A DNA stretch of 64,000 nucleotides, taken from the NCBI RefSeq assembly GCF_006345805.1, contig NC_042998.1, positions 207,864,903 to 207,928,902 of the forward strand, given 5' to 3'. The stretch is from Octopus sinensis (lineage: Eukaryota). The notes under the pieces are model-generated. The model worked only from the letters and a program-made list of their open reading frames with translations. It made no database searches and was not told the origin of the DNA. Positions 39,115 to 53,038 of this stretch are shown one piece after another; positions within the stretch are counted from its first letter, which is position 1, and each line of letters begins with the position of its first letter. Both the position numbers and the translations under genes were made by a program.

Positions 39115-39935
39115 GGTAGAGATTTATGGGTTAATGATATTTCGAAGGATAGGTTTTGCACTGAGGCAGCGTCAGAGGTTGGTTCCGAGTGATAACCAAA
39201 ATACTCTTCTGGATCTCTTTGGCTAGGTTCTGCATGGATAAAAAAGAAGAATTAACCTGGTTAAGGAGAACTTCGTGGCTGGAGTTATGATTACATTCAC
39301 AGCTATATTGGTTGCTTCTACTGCTAGGAATGGATGTTCTCCAGTTTCCTGAGCTGTTGCGGAAATTCGTGCCATGAATTTTGTTCTTGTTTTTACATTT
39401 GTTTGTTTTCGCGATGGGAGAGTGCTTGTAACCAAGATTGTGGGAAAGGTGCGCACCGAGGCTGCCGCAACCGGGTTGATATCTTTGGAGTGGATTTTGA
39501 TGATGGTTGGGAGTATTGTTTTCCATGGTACTTCGAGTCCGAGGGAGATGGGTAAAATCACAATCCTGCTGTAAACATACTTTCTCGCGCTGGGGTTAAC
39601 GGCAGATTTTAGGGTTACGATTTCTTGATTTTGGTGGTGTTGCAGTAGCAGAAAGGAAATTGTGGGGGTAGTTTCTGTTCCTTGAGGGTCTTGTTCCTGG
39701 AAGATGAGAGAAATTACAGTCACGGTTTCGCATAGAGAGTGGGGGTAGTTTCTATTCCTTGAGGGTCTTGTTCCTGGAAGATGAGAGAAATTACAGTCAC
39801 GGTTTCGCATAGAGAGTGGGGGTAGTTTCTATTCCTTGAGGGTCTTGTTCCTGGAAGATGAGAGAAACTACAGTCACGGGTTCGCGTAGGGAGTGACGGC
39901 ATATTTTTGGATCGCGATTTGAACTTGTGATTGTT
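39115..39935 (-). pseudogene. Degraded ORF with repeated CCCH zinc-finger-like units (probable LINE ORF1 remnant) including a short tandem repeat
   Basis: PKICR*PQREKVCLQQDCDFTH (C-x8-C-x4-C-x3-H) and PKICRHSLRE..DCSFSHLPGTR; about 3 tandem copies at 39665-39880. Confidence 0.5.
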
Positions 39936-41042
39936 GTAGAGGGGAGTGGATTGTAAATAGTTTGAGATTTAGAATTGTTTGACGTTAAAGGTAATAGGGT
40001 AGTGGAGAGTGGAGAGGGGGGGCAAGGAGCAGTGGTTGATTTTGTACTCTGGCCGAGACAGTAGTAGTAGTAGTAGTAGTAGTAGTAGCAATGGTACTTG
40101 AGATTTTTTGTGGAGCTGTGGTGGTGAGATAGGGAGGAAGTAGGAATGGTTGGGAATGGTCAGTGGCAGAGGAAGAATGGAATGTTTGTCTTTGGCCACT
40201 AAGAGTAGTAGCAGTAGTAGGAGGAGAAGGGTGGGGGAGGAGGAGATGAAGAAGTGGAGGGGAAAGTAGCAGTAAAAGATGGAAATAGTGATGATGACGA
40301 TGACGACGACGACGATGATGTTAGTGAGTCTATTGTGGCAAGGAAGGTGGCCATGATCCTGTTGTTGTTCTTTTAGCTGCTGATGTGATTGTTGTAGTTG
40401 TTCATCATGGGTTGTGGTGGATAAAATAAAATTCCGGCTGGTTTACCCACGTGGTTACTCACGGTGCGATACGAAGTAGAGATACGCTGCAGTTTATTTT
40501 CTATTTGTCTCTCGTTTCGATTAATAAAGAGATGAACAACATATACACACATACATGTATGTGTGCACATGTATATTGAAAGGGCAAGACCGCTAGGTAG
40601 TCGGCCGTATGCTAGAAATAGATCACCAACGATCAAACTACAAAGAATGTTCTCTAGAGGAAAATTCAGCGAACACCAGAACAAATTAGGCGGGCAAGAC
40701 AGATGAAAATTATATAAAAAACAGAATTAATCACATACCGCGGTTTCAACTATTAACAAAAGAATTACTTACATAATTTAAATGTCCGTAGTTTCGTCAG
40801 TGCGATCGTTCAGACAAATGTAATTTAAAAAACTAACCCCAGCTTTCTGTTCCAAAACAGACACGTGTTTAGTTTTACCGATTACATTAGGAATAAATTT
40901 CAAATGTCTCAGTTCTGGCGCGCTAAAAAATTCCTGAAGCGAAGAACTGCAGTAAATAATTTACTGCGGTTAGTGCTGCCTACTAGAGAACGTATTTATT
41001 TCAATATTTAAATAATGAGGGAGATAAATTAATATGTATTTG

Positions 41043-41098
<56 letters not shown>

Positions 41099-41301
41099 AC
41101 GAACTCGAACCCACAAGAGTAAGCAAGAGAGACAGAAACAAGGAAAATGCCCCTTGTATTTGAATACTATGCAAGTATTCTTTTAAAGTACTTTCCATTA
41201 AAATTTTCCAAAATTAATTGTTTTCCATACTGAATGACTGAAACCGGTACTGAAATGTTTTTTATAAAATTATTTTAGCATTTTCTATCTTGACTTTTTT
41301 T

Positions 41302-41365
<64 letters not shown>

Positions 41366-41659
41366 TTTCAGTAAAAACAATTAAGATTCAAGTGAGTTCC
41401 AATGAATTCACTTGAATGCGGTACTTAACTTAGATGCACCAGAAATCTATATGGTATTAACCATAAAATAATGTGGGGTGATTATAAACAAGAAAAACGC
41501 AACAAGAATGGTGTACAAAACAAACAGATATATTAGTATAACGCTCAGGAATAGAGAAAGTCTTTTACGTTTCGAGCCTACGCTCGTCGACAGAAAGATA
41601 CACAGAAAAAAACACGGAGAGAAACAAGGAGAGAAAAAAATGTGTGTAGTAGCTAACGA

Positions 41660-41696
<37 letters not shown>

Positions 41697-42222
41697 CGGG
41701 AAGCTTTATGAAAATAGACAAAAGACGAAGGCAGGTTTACGGAAATAAACAAAAGACGAAGGCAGGTGGAATACAAACAAACAATTGTATTAGTATGGCG
41801 CTCAGGAAATATAAATAAAACAAGTCTTTAATGTTTCGAGCCTACGCTCTTCAACAGAAAGATACACAGAGAAAAAACACAGAAAGAAGGAGAGAAAAAA
41901 ATATATGCGTGCAGAGGCTAGCGAATCAACATGGCGTTCTGATTTCGGCCAGAAGTCAAAGATCAAACATGAGACGCAAGAGCGAAATTAGGGGAGATAA
42001 TAGGGTTGAATGACCTCGCTCCAACATAAGAGTGTGTGTGTGTGTATGAGAAGAGTGTGTGTGTGTGTGTATGAGAGAGTATTAGTGCGTATGAGAGGTC
42101 TGGACGTGTGTATGTATATATGATGTGATGTGTAAAGTCGTATGGTGTAGTGTAGAGAGAGGAGATGAGGGAAGAGGGGGTGGTAATGGGGGGAGAGGGG
42201 AGGGGTGTGTGTGTGTGTATGC

Positions 42223-42255
<33 letters not shown>

Positions 42256-42501
42256 TGTATGTATGTATGTATGTATGTTTGTATGGTTGTTATTTTTAGG
42301 AGCAGGTCGAATCTATATATCGTCATTGTATTCTTTCAATTAAATTCTATCTTTTTTTAAAAAATAACATTTCTATTTGCTTGTTTTTATTAAATTCTTT
42401 TTTTTTTTTAAAGAAATCTCTTCAATTTTCACAGATCCCTTATGTAACGGAATTTTGGTAAAATTTACGAAATTGTCTGCATTTTCAACGATAGTCTTTT
42501 T

Positions 42502-42515
42502 GTTGCCATGGCAAC
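42502..42515. promoter_or_regulatory. Perfect palindromic RFX X-box
   Basis: GTTGCCATGGCAAC in unique sequence; ATTGG (reverse CCAAT) at about 42568. Confidence 0.5.
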
Positions 42516-43360
42516 TATGACAGCAAAGCGTTTTGACTTCCGTTTGTGAGGACGGCAGACACATTTCATTGGCTAAAAATACGTAACTTTAAATGCCTCT
42601 ATTCTTGGTTATTATTAATTTTTCCGAAGAAAAATAAATCAACGCGATATTTACCATCATCATGGAAAAATACATGTGTGTGGGAAATTTGAAACTGAAT
42701 CCATTGAGAATGGAAAAATCTCCAAGTGGTTGGAAGAAAAGGAAAAAGATCCGAACTCTCATTCATAGTTGACATTTGTCTGGATGTGTGGAATTGTAAC
42801 CGTGTCTTTAGGGCGTATCTACTTCGACAATAAATAAATACACACACACACACACACACACATACCATGTACACTCACGCGCGTGTGCAAATATATATAT
42901 ACACACACACACTCCCATACACACACGCACACACACACATGCACAAAAATACTCAAACGCTGTGGCATGCGCATTTTAATTCAGTATTGAATTCTCCATC
43001 ACCACCACTACCACTACCACCACTACCATCACCACCACTACCATCACCACCACAACCACCACCGTCTTTCTCCCTTCAATCTTTCTTTCTTCGCTCTCTC
43101 TCTCTCTCTCACAAACCCCCTTCACATCCCTGATTGTCATTTCGCCTTTCCCTTACTTTCACCTACTTTCCTTGAAAGACGCTCTCTCCCACTTTGTTTC
43201 CCTCTCTCTTTCTTTCTCTCTCCCTCTCCTTCTCCCTCTCCCTCTCCCCTCGTCTATACCGCCTATATTCAATTATTTTTAAGAACAACAATTCGTCACA
43301 AAGTATTTGAGATACCTTTAGAATAACTGTGAACACTTTAAAGCTATATCTACAGTTCTC

Positions 43361-43394
<34 letters not shown>

Positions 43395-43398
43395 TGTA

Positions 43399-43459
<61 letters not shown>

Positions 43460-43783
43460 TGTCTATCTATCTATTTATGAATATATATATATATATAATA
43501 ATTATAATATATAATAATATAAATATATGTACCATGTGTGTGTTTGTGTGTCTGTGTTTGTCCCCCTAGCATTGCTTGACAACCGATGCTGGTGTGTTTA
43601 TGTCCCCGTTACTTAGCGGTTCGGCAAAAGAGACCGATAGAATAAGTACTGGCCTTACAAAAGAATAAGCCCGGGGTCGATTTGCTCGATTAAATGCGGT
43701 GCTCCAGCATGGTCGCAGTCAAATGACTGAAACAAGTAAAAGAGTAAAAAGAGTAAAAAGTAAGAGTATATATATATATATAC

Positions 43784-43814
<31 letters not shown>

Positions 43815-43985
43815 GGGTAAAAATGCACATCATGGCAGCGTCCTACAAGACATGACATTTCACGACAGTAAAGCTCCGGGGGAGTGATCTTCATGGTAGT
43901 ATATAAAATGTTATGGGAAGTATAGTGTAAACAGTTTTGAGATCAATGAACATTTTTCATAAAAGAAAAATTCAGACACCACTGC

Positions 43986-44059
<74 letters not shown>

Positions 44060-44683
44060 AGTGTGAGTGTGTGCGAGTGCATTATCCTAGCGGTATAATC
44101 TCAAAACAAATATTCTTTTCTACTCTAGACACAAGGTCCGAAATTTTTTTGAGTGGGGGGAATCAGTCGATTTGAGCGACCCCAGTATGCAACTGGTACT
44201 AAAATTTATCGACTCGAAAGGATTAGGAGTATCGGAAAAGTGCTTGGCAGTATTTGTGCAGGTTCTTTATATTAGTTGAAATCTCAAAACCAATGTCCAT
44301 TTGAAAATGAATTTAATACGTAAGTTTCGGATAGTTACATAAGATAGCCCTTACATTAAGAATCCTTCGCAGTCAATATTTCAAAATATATATCACATTA
44401 TATTAGATATGTTATATATTATTTCCAAATATATCATCATCATCATCATCGTCGTCGTTGTTCTTGTTGCTGTATATGATTTTATATGTACTTCTTTATA
44501 TATAAAATAATAAATGATATTTATATATATATATAATGCAGCATCAATATCTTACATGTCTAGGGTATAAACGGCTGATTTGATTTTGCTTTTTAAATTT
44601 TCCATAACATTTTAAAGCCGAGAATCAAATAATTATCAATTAATAAAATATATCCGAAAATATTTTTATCATTTATATGTATG

Positions 44684-44722
<39 letters not shown>

Positions 44723-44975
44723 CTGCCGATACATATTAGGTGCTCTTAAAAAATAAGGTGTGCGCGTACATATTTAAGAATGTGTCGGATAATTTACTCT
44801 GTTACGCAAGGCAAGAATGAACAAAATATAATATCGGCGATTATATTTAAATGGATTGTAAATAAAATTACAAAGTTACACATCAAGAAAAAATATTCTA
44901 ATTATTTGCTTATATTTATTGCAATGCACTAATTATCGTTACACACACACACACACACACACACACAACACACAC

Positions 44976-45009
<34 letters not shown>

Positions 45010-45993
45010 CATATATGCATACATACGTGTGTGTGTGTGCGTGTACTTATTTTTAATCATTACTTTAAACAATTTCTTAAACATATTTCAATTTTATTGG
45101 TTTTGGATTTTTCGGCAACACAATTAAGCATTTTTGATGATATATAATGAATTAATATATATTATTGTGACTTATTTTAATAACCGTTTTTTGTATTATT
45201 TTTAAATTACAAATTTAATTAAATGTGAACTTTAAAATATATATAATTATCAAAATCTAGGTTTAAATAATTAGATATATTAAATAAATTTAATCTCAAA
45301 TAATATATTATTTACATACTTTTTAATCAAATGAAAAACCAGCATAAGTATCGTCTGCTTTATAGAGAAATTCGTTTGGTTAACTCGCAGCAGAATTCTG
45401 ACATTTTAGAAATCAAAGGTGAAGTAAAGTAACTTTTCTCTTTGGAAAAACGCTTACGTATTTTGCTAATCGAGTCTTCGATTGAAAGTGGATGTTCTTT
45501 GTATAGCTGCACTATTATTATCGTGAGATGCAGAAGACTTCAAACAATAACTTATCTGTTTATTCTCAAGGCGTTCTGCCCGGTTTCGACAATGCTAATC
45601 GGTGTTGTTTTCCATCAATGGAGTATATCTCTATTTAAACGATGTGTGTCCACAGTGCACACGATTCACAGACGTTAGTAAACTTTGAGACAATGCGGTG
45701 TTTCGACCTCATTGTGAGTGTCCTCGGTCAAAGTTATTACACACTGTTTACATGGAGATTATATTCATGAGAAATTGATTTACTTACAGGATTTGCCTCA
45801 AAACACGTTAGACGATCTAATAGACTGTGTTATTGAAATATTTCGTGGAAGACTATAAAGTCTGTCTTTAAAAATTTGTCAAAAACAGTTCCGATTACGC
45901 TTGATGGCATCCCTAAAATATTTGGGCGAAATGTTGGTTTTGTAAGGTAGTTTAAAGCTTTTGGTCATACGCTCGTGTTTCAGTTGAATTAAC

Positions 45994-46605
45994 CTGTGGT
46001 TCTCAACTAGGGGCCCATTTGACCTTTAGGGGTTCCAATAAGATTCTTTGTTAAAATATATGTGGAACAGATTGCCTATACTTCTACAATAAACCAACCA
46101 TCAAAACATGTTATACAATTGCTGATAAAATTTAGTGGAGGCGCAATGGCCCAGTGGTTAGGGCAGCGGACTCGCGGTTTCGATTCCCAGACCGGGCGTT
46201 GTGAGTGTTTATTGAGCGAAAACACCTAAAAGCTTCACGAGGCTCCGGCAGGGGATGGTGGTGATCCCTGCTGTACTCTTTCACCACAACTTTCTCTCAC
46301 TCTTACTTCCTGTTTCTGTTGTTACCCGTATTTCAAAGGGCCGCCTTGTCACTCTCTGTGTCACGCTGGATATCCCCGAGAACTACGTTAAGGGTACACG
46401 TGTCTGTGGAGTGCTCAGCCACTTACACGTTAATTTCACGAGCAGACTGTTCCGTTGATTCGGATCAACCGGAACCCTCATCGTCGTAACCGACGGAGTG
46501 CTTCCACAATAAAATTTAATTATAAAAATATGATTTTAAAAAAAATATCGAACGGTTATGAGGGTCCATCTGAGTAAAATGGGGGAAAATGGGTGAGAAC
46601 CCCTG
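45994..46605. mobile_element. Old hAT-type MITE interrupted by a SINE C
   Basis: Ends CTGTGGTTCTCAAC / GGTGAGAACCCCTG; degenerate 8-bp TSD GAATTAAC/AAATAAAC. Confidence 0.6.
46136..46507 (+). mobile_element. SINE family C, tail type 1
   Basis: C head, then ..GTCACGCTG..CGTCGTAACCGACGGAGTGCTTCC; TSD ATAAAATTTA; copies at 48323-48705(+), 51222-51610(-, TSD CTAAATGCTAT), 63527-63806(-). Confidence 0.9.
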
Positions 46606-48084
46606 AAATAAACCATCAGGAAGTAGCGGATGACTTCATGAGATTTGTGAGAAAGGGAGTCAGTTTCATAGGTATTAAAATAGTTTACTTTACTTTGAAA
46701 TGAACTTGAACGAGTTTACCATGAATTACTAATTTCTAACAAAGTACCGTAGTTGAGTGGTGGAGGAGAAGGAGAGAGGTTTGGTAAGTGTTTGAGTGGA
46801 ACCGGATTATTTTATTTAGCATCGTCCACGATTTGCCTCAGCTCATTGGTGCTCTCTCTCTCTCTCTCTCTTTTACTTGTTTCAGTCATTTTGACTGCGG
46901 CCATGCTGGAGCACCGCCTTTAGTCGAGCAAATCGACCCCGGGACTTATTCTTTGTAAGCCCAGTACTTATTCTATCGGTCTCTTTTGCTGAACCGCTAA
47001 GTGACGGGGACGTAAACACACCAGCATCGGTTGTCAAGCAATGCTAGGGGGACAAACACAGCAGACACACAAACACACACATATATATATATACATATAT
47101 ACGACAGGCTTCTTTCAGTTTCCGTCTACCAAATCCACTCACAAGGCATTGGTCGGCCCGGGGCTATAGCAGAAGACACTTGCTCAAGATGCCACGCAGT
47201 GGGACTGAACCCGGGACCATGTGGTTGGTTAGCAAGCTACTTACCACACAGCCACTCCTACGCCTGCTTCAATTAATGAATATTTTTCGTGGATTTAGGC
47301 TCAAGGACAGAAATTTCGGGGAAAGTCAATTACATCGACCCCAAAAAGGATCAAAAGCAAAGTCAACCTCGACGGAATTTGAACCCAGAACATAAAACAA
47401 ACGAAATGCCCCGAAGCATTTCACCCAGCGTGCTAACGATTCTACCAGCTTACCGCCTTAATTAATTACATATTCTATTCTACTCTAGGCATAAGGACCG
47501 AAATTTTGGGGGAGGGGACCAGTAGATTAGATCGACCCCAGTATGCAACTGGTACTTAATTTATCGACCCCGGAAGGATGAAAGGCAATGTGGACCTCGA
47601 TGAAATTTGAACTCAGAAAGTAAAGACAGACGAAATACCTATTTCTTTATTACCCACAAGGGTCTAAACACAGAGAGGACAAACATGGACAGACAAACGG
47701 ATTAAGTCGATTATATCGACCCCAGTGCGTAACTGGTACTTATTTAATCGACCCCGAAAGGATGAAAGGCAAAGTCGACCTCGGCGGAATTTGAACTCAG
47801 AACGTAGCGGCAGACGAAATACCTATTTCTTTACTACCCACAAGGGGCTAAACACAGAGGGGACAAACAAGGACAGACATAGGTATTAAGTCGATTACAT
47901 CGACCCCAGTGCGTAACTGGTACTTAATTTATCGACCCCGAAAGGATGAAAGGCAAAGTCGACCTCGGCGGAATTTGAACTCAGAACGTAACGGCAGACG
48001 AAATACCGCTAAGCATTTCGTCCGGCGTGCTAACGATTCTGCCAGCCCGACATCTTAAAAGCGCTTAAATTAAAAGATGCTGCG

Positions 48085-48235
48085 GATTTTACAGATCTGA
48101 AATTAAATATCTTTGAAGAGTTAGATTACAGAAATCTGGAAATTCAGTCAATCGACTTCCAATCTAATCTGATTTGGAAGCAACATTTTATCACATTTTA
48201 AGATGATTTACAAGGCGTGAACTTGTATACAAGTA
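48085..48235 (+). mobile_element. Possible hAT transposase fossil (GTF2IRD2/SPIN-like segment)
   Basis: DLKLNIFEELDYRNLEIQSIDFQSNLIWKQHFITF*DDLQ; resemblance recalled from memory only. Confidence 0.4.
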
Positions 48236-48720
48236 ATCGTAAATAAACATTCAGGTTGTGAACTTTTGAAAACATGGAATTGCATTTATGAAAATATACT
48301 AGTCGTTGTAATACTATTATATAATGGCCTAGTGGTTAGGGGCAGCGGACTCGCGGTCGTGGGATCGCGGTTTCGATTCCCGGACCGGGCGTTGTTAGTG
48401 TTTCTTGAGCGAAAACACCTAAGGCTCCACGAGGCTTTGGCAGGGGGTGGTAGCGAACCCTGTTGTACTCTTTCACCACAACTTTCTCTCACTCTTTCTT
48501 CCTGTTTCTGTTGTACCTGTATTTCAAAGGGCCAGCCTTGTTACACTCTGTGTCACGCTGAATCTTCCCCCGAGAACTACGTTAAGGGTACACATGTATG
48601 TGGAGTGCTCAGCCACTTGCACGTTAATTTCACAAGCAAACTGTTCCGCTGATCGATCGTATCAACTGGCTGGGATCCTCGTCGTGGTAACCGACAGAGA
48701 GCTCCTTTATATAGATACTC

Positions 48721-48764
<44 letters not shown>

Positions 48765-49173
48765 TACTGGGAGGAAGAGAATGGAACGAGCGACGAATCG
48801 AATCGAACCTGACGCGAGCGCGCTGTCAGACAATAATGTAATAAATAAAATATATGCATACATACAAACATATATGTACGTACCTACATCTACATGTATA
48901 TATACATGCATATATAAATATATATACGTGAGTACAGGACACCACAACTAGACGTAGAACTCAACGAAAACGGAAAAGCCAATTTTTTACAACAAAAAAA
49001 ACAGAGACGTGGAACTGGACGAGAAACGAAAACGGGAAAAACATTATTTTTTACAACAGAAAACAAGGTACAGGACATACTACACAAGGAAAAATCCCCA
49101 ATCATCAGCTGTCACTAGCAGACTCAAGCGTGTTTCGAAACTCGTCAACTCGTCCTTCCTGCCAGAGAATTAA

Positions 49174-49213
<40 letters not shown>

Positions 49214-52210
49214 ATCGGATCAACTGGAACCCTCGTCGTTGTAACCGACGAGTGCCTCGATTAGTAGTAGTATTAGTAGTATGAGAGTGATATGAAGGAA
49301 CGTGACCTTGTGGTTAGAGTGTTTTGCTCATGATCTGTAGATCGTGGGTTCGATTCCCAGACCGAGGCCCGTGTTGTATTCTAGTGTTATTATGAGGACC
49401 GGCATGCCAAATCATAGACCCAACGTTTCTACTACGTGTCGTAAGAAGCGACTAAAGGAGGTTGTGCTAGGATTTGCACTCTGACAGCGTAAAACTTCTT
49501 AAACAGGGCCACGGGCTGAAGGGTTGTCCCCTCAGTAGTGCAGAGGCGTCATCCACCAGGAGCAGGGAATCACTAACACGCCAATACTACCATGCCCCAC
49601 ACTACAAAATATACTGCTGCTTTTGAATATCTGGCAAAAGAAATTTCAATCAGTGTTTCATGAATTCGAGTCCTGCCAACAGTTGTGTGGTTAAGAAGCT
49701 ACTTTGCAGCCACATGGTTTCGAGTTCAGTCCCACTGCGTGGCACCTCGGGCTATTGTCTTCTACTATAGCCTCGAGTCGACCAATATCTTATCAGTGAA
49801 TTTGGTAGACGGAAATTGAAAGAAACCCATCGCGCACACACACACACACCACACACACACACACACACAAACACACACTCACGTCACGTATAGGTATGTA
49901 TATATTTTGTAAATGTTTTTATGTTCAGGCTTAACTGGTCGAAACTTCGATATCATTATCAATAATATTCTTGTGCCTGGAGTGGAAAATAGTCGTTAGC
50001 AGGCCGGGCGAAATGCGTAGCCGTATTTTATCTGCCGCTACGTTCTGAGTTCAAAGTCCGCCGAGGTCGACTTTGCCTTTCACCCTTTCGGGGTCAATAA
50101 ATTAAGTATTTGTATTGACCTTGAAGGGAATGCGACATAAATTTGATCACAGCAGGATTTGAACCCACAGCACTAAATAATTCTCTATACTTATATGTAG
50201 AAATCCTGAAATTATGTGGACCGGGGATAATCAATTATTTCGACCCCAGTGTTCAACAGGTACTTATTTCATCAGCTCCTAAACGAAGAAAGCCAAAATC
50301 GAGATTGCCGACATTTGAACACAGAGCGAAAATCCTGTCTAAATGCCATTAAACATTTTGTCCTGCTCGGCAGTGATTCTGCCAGCGCACCGCTTTACTT
50401 ATCCTTTTCTACTCTAGGCACAAAGCCTGAAATTTTCTGGCTAGGGCGCCAGTCGATTGGATCGACCCCTGTACGCAACTGGTACTTAATTTATCGACCC
50501 CGAAAGGATGAAAGGCAAAGTCGACCTCGGCAGAATTTGAACTCAGAACGTAAAAACAGGTGAAATATCCCTAAGCATTTCGCCCGGCGTGCTAACTTTT
50601 CTTTTCTTCTCTAGGTACAAGGCCCGAAATTTTGGGGAGGGGCCAGTCGATTAGATCTATTCCAGTATACAACTGGTTATTAATTTATCGAGCTCGGCGG
50701 AATTTGAACTCAAAACGTAAAGGAAGACGGAATGCCTATTTCTTTACTACCCACAAGTGGCTAAACACAGAAAGGAGAAAGGACAGACAAACGGATTAAG
50801 TCGATTATATCGACCGCAGTGCGTAACTGGTACTTATTTAATCGACTCCGAAAGGATGAAAGGCAAAGTCGACCTCTACGGCGAAATTTGAACTCAGAAC
50901 GTAGCGACGGACGAAATACCACAAAGCATTTCGCCCGGCGTGCTAACGTTTCTGCCAGCTCGACGCTTTACTTTACAGTCGCTGAGCTGAGCATTCCAGT
51001 GGCACAAGTGCCCCTTGACAGAGCTCTCAGGGAGACTCAGCGTCACACACGGAAGGCCGGCTCTATGAATTACTGAGAGAACTGAAACAACGTGAAATAA
51101 AATTTCTTGCTCAAGAGCACAGCGTGCTGCGGAATATCGAACTCACAACCTTTCGATTGTGAGCCGAACACCCGATCCACTAAGCCACGTGCCTTCACAC
51201 ATTCATCACTAAATGCTATAAAGGAAGGAAGCACTCCGTTGGTTACGACGACGAGGGTTCCGGTTGATCCGAATCAACAGAACAGCCTGCTCGTGAAATT
51301 AACGTGTAAGTGGCTGAGCACTCCACAGACACGTGCACCCTTAACGTAGTTCTCGAGGAGATTCAGCGTGACACAGAGAGTGACAAGGCCGGCCCTTGAA
51401 ATACAGGTACAACAGAAACAGGAAGTGAGAGTGAGAGAAAGTTGTGGTGAAAGAGTACAGCAGGGATCACCACCATCCCCTGCCGGAGCCTCGTGGAGCT
51501 TTTAGGTGTTTTTGCTCAATAAGCACTCACAACGCCCGGTCTGGGAATCGAAACCGCGATCCCATGACCGCGAGTCCGCTGCTCTAACCACTAGGCCATT
51601 GCGCCTCCACTCTAAATGCTATGAAACAAACAAGAGACACAAACTGCGTGATGAGTTGATCGTTGTCTCCATAGCATTCAAATAAATACGATGTCTGTCT
51701 CCCATAAAGCAGCATCTCGCACTCAGCAACAGAAACACATTAAAGTTAATGTGACTTGCGAAATTTTGTTTTATTCTCTTTGTTTTACGAAAGCATTTTA
51801 AAATTTCAAATTAAATTCTATTGAAATACTAATTTTATTAAATATATTACAGACAAATAAGCCGCTTGAGGACAACGATTAACCGAACACTACAGATTTA
51901 ACTACACACACACACACATGTGTATATATGTGTGTATATATTCTTTTATTATTTTACTCTTTTACTTGTTTCACTCATTTCACTGTGGCCATGCGGGAGC
52001 ACCGTCTTTTAGTCGAACAAATCGACCGCAGGACTTGTTCTTTGTAAGCCTACTACTTATTATTCTGTCGGTCTCTTTTGCCGAACCGCTTAGTTACGGA
52101 GACGCAAGCACACCAGTATCGGTTATCAAGCGATGGTGGACACACACACACATACACACACACATACACACACATACACACACACTCACACACACACACA
52201 CACTCACACA

Positions 52211-52267
<57 letters not shown>

Positions 52268-53038
52268 GTATAAAATGAGACAACAAAACCAAGGCTGTGT
52301 GGAATTTTCAGGACATTTATAAAGATAAATTTAGCCTTACACCTGTTTCTGGGATATTAGGGATATCCCTTCATCAGAGACAATGTGAGAAGGTTAAATA
52401 GAGGGAAATAGTAGAGTTTAATATGAGGAGTTATTTTGGAAAAGGCTGGAAATAAAAAGTATAAAGGGAAATAAGAGAATGAAAGTAAAAATAAATTTTG
52501 GATGTTATAGCTGCAGTTCCGTTATCCAAGGAAAGTGGTGTGGAGAAGTGGCAGAAATGCTTTTTGTCCATGGTATGTAAATCCCGATAGGAGTTCATAT
52601 TTTGTTATTACAAATGGAAAGTGTGGAGACGTAGGTTCCATGTGATGGTCATTCAAAGGGGCCTTGTGGTGTGAATGAAATTTGGGATTGTAGTGGTAGT
52701 ATTAAGTAGATAGACAGGAGAGAAATGATGTTTATGATAAAATGAGGAGAATGGTCAAAAGGAATAGGTGAGTAAAGAAGAAAGAAAGTAAGAGGACGAA
52801 AAAATGAAAAAGGGAGTGTTAGTTGGTGGTCAAGATATTACGAGGGGGATAGGAGAGGAGTAGGGGTGGAATAGGAAGATATAAGAATGTAAAGAATGAA
52901 CATGTGTGAAGTATGGGAGGTGGGGTGATATGTTTGAAAGGCACTAAGGTGGAAGGATGGATAGAGAAAATGGTACGGGGCGGGGTACTGAGGCCAGTAA
53001 TAAACTTCAAATAGGAAGGGAAGAATAATAGGATGTAA
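52268..53038 (-). mobile_element. Longer H2-family element with hammerhead-like motif at 52334-52381
   Basis: Minus strand GTCT-CTGATGA-A-GGGATAT/ATATCCC-A-GAAAC-AGGT-GTA-AGGC; 3' end abuts (TA)n; shares flanks with 12650-12850. Confidence 0.65.

Noticed and set aside
45790-45946. Plus-strand AG..GT exon candidates here and at 61280-61381
   Set aside because: Stops in all three frames
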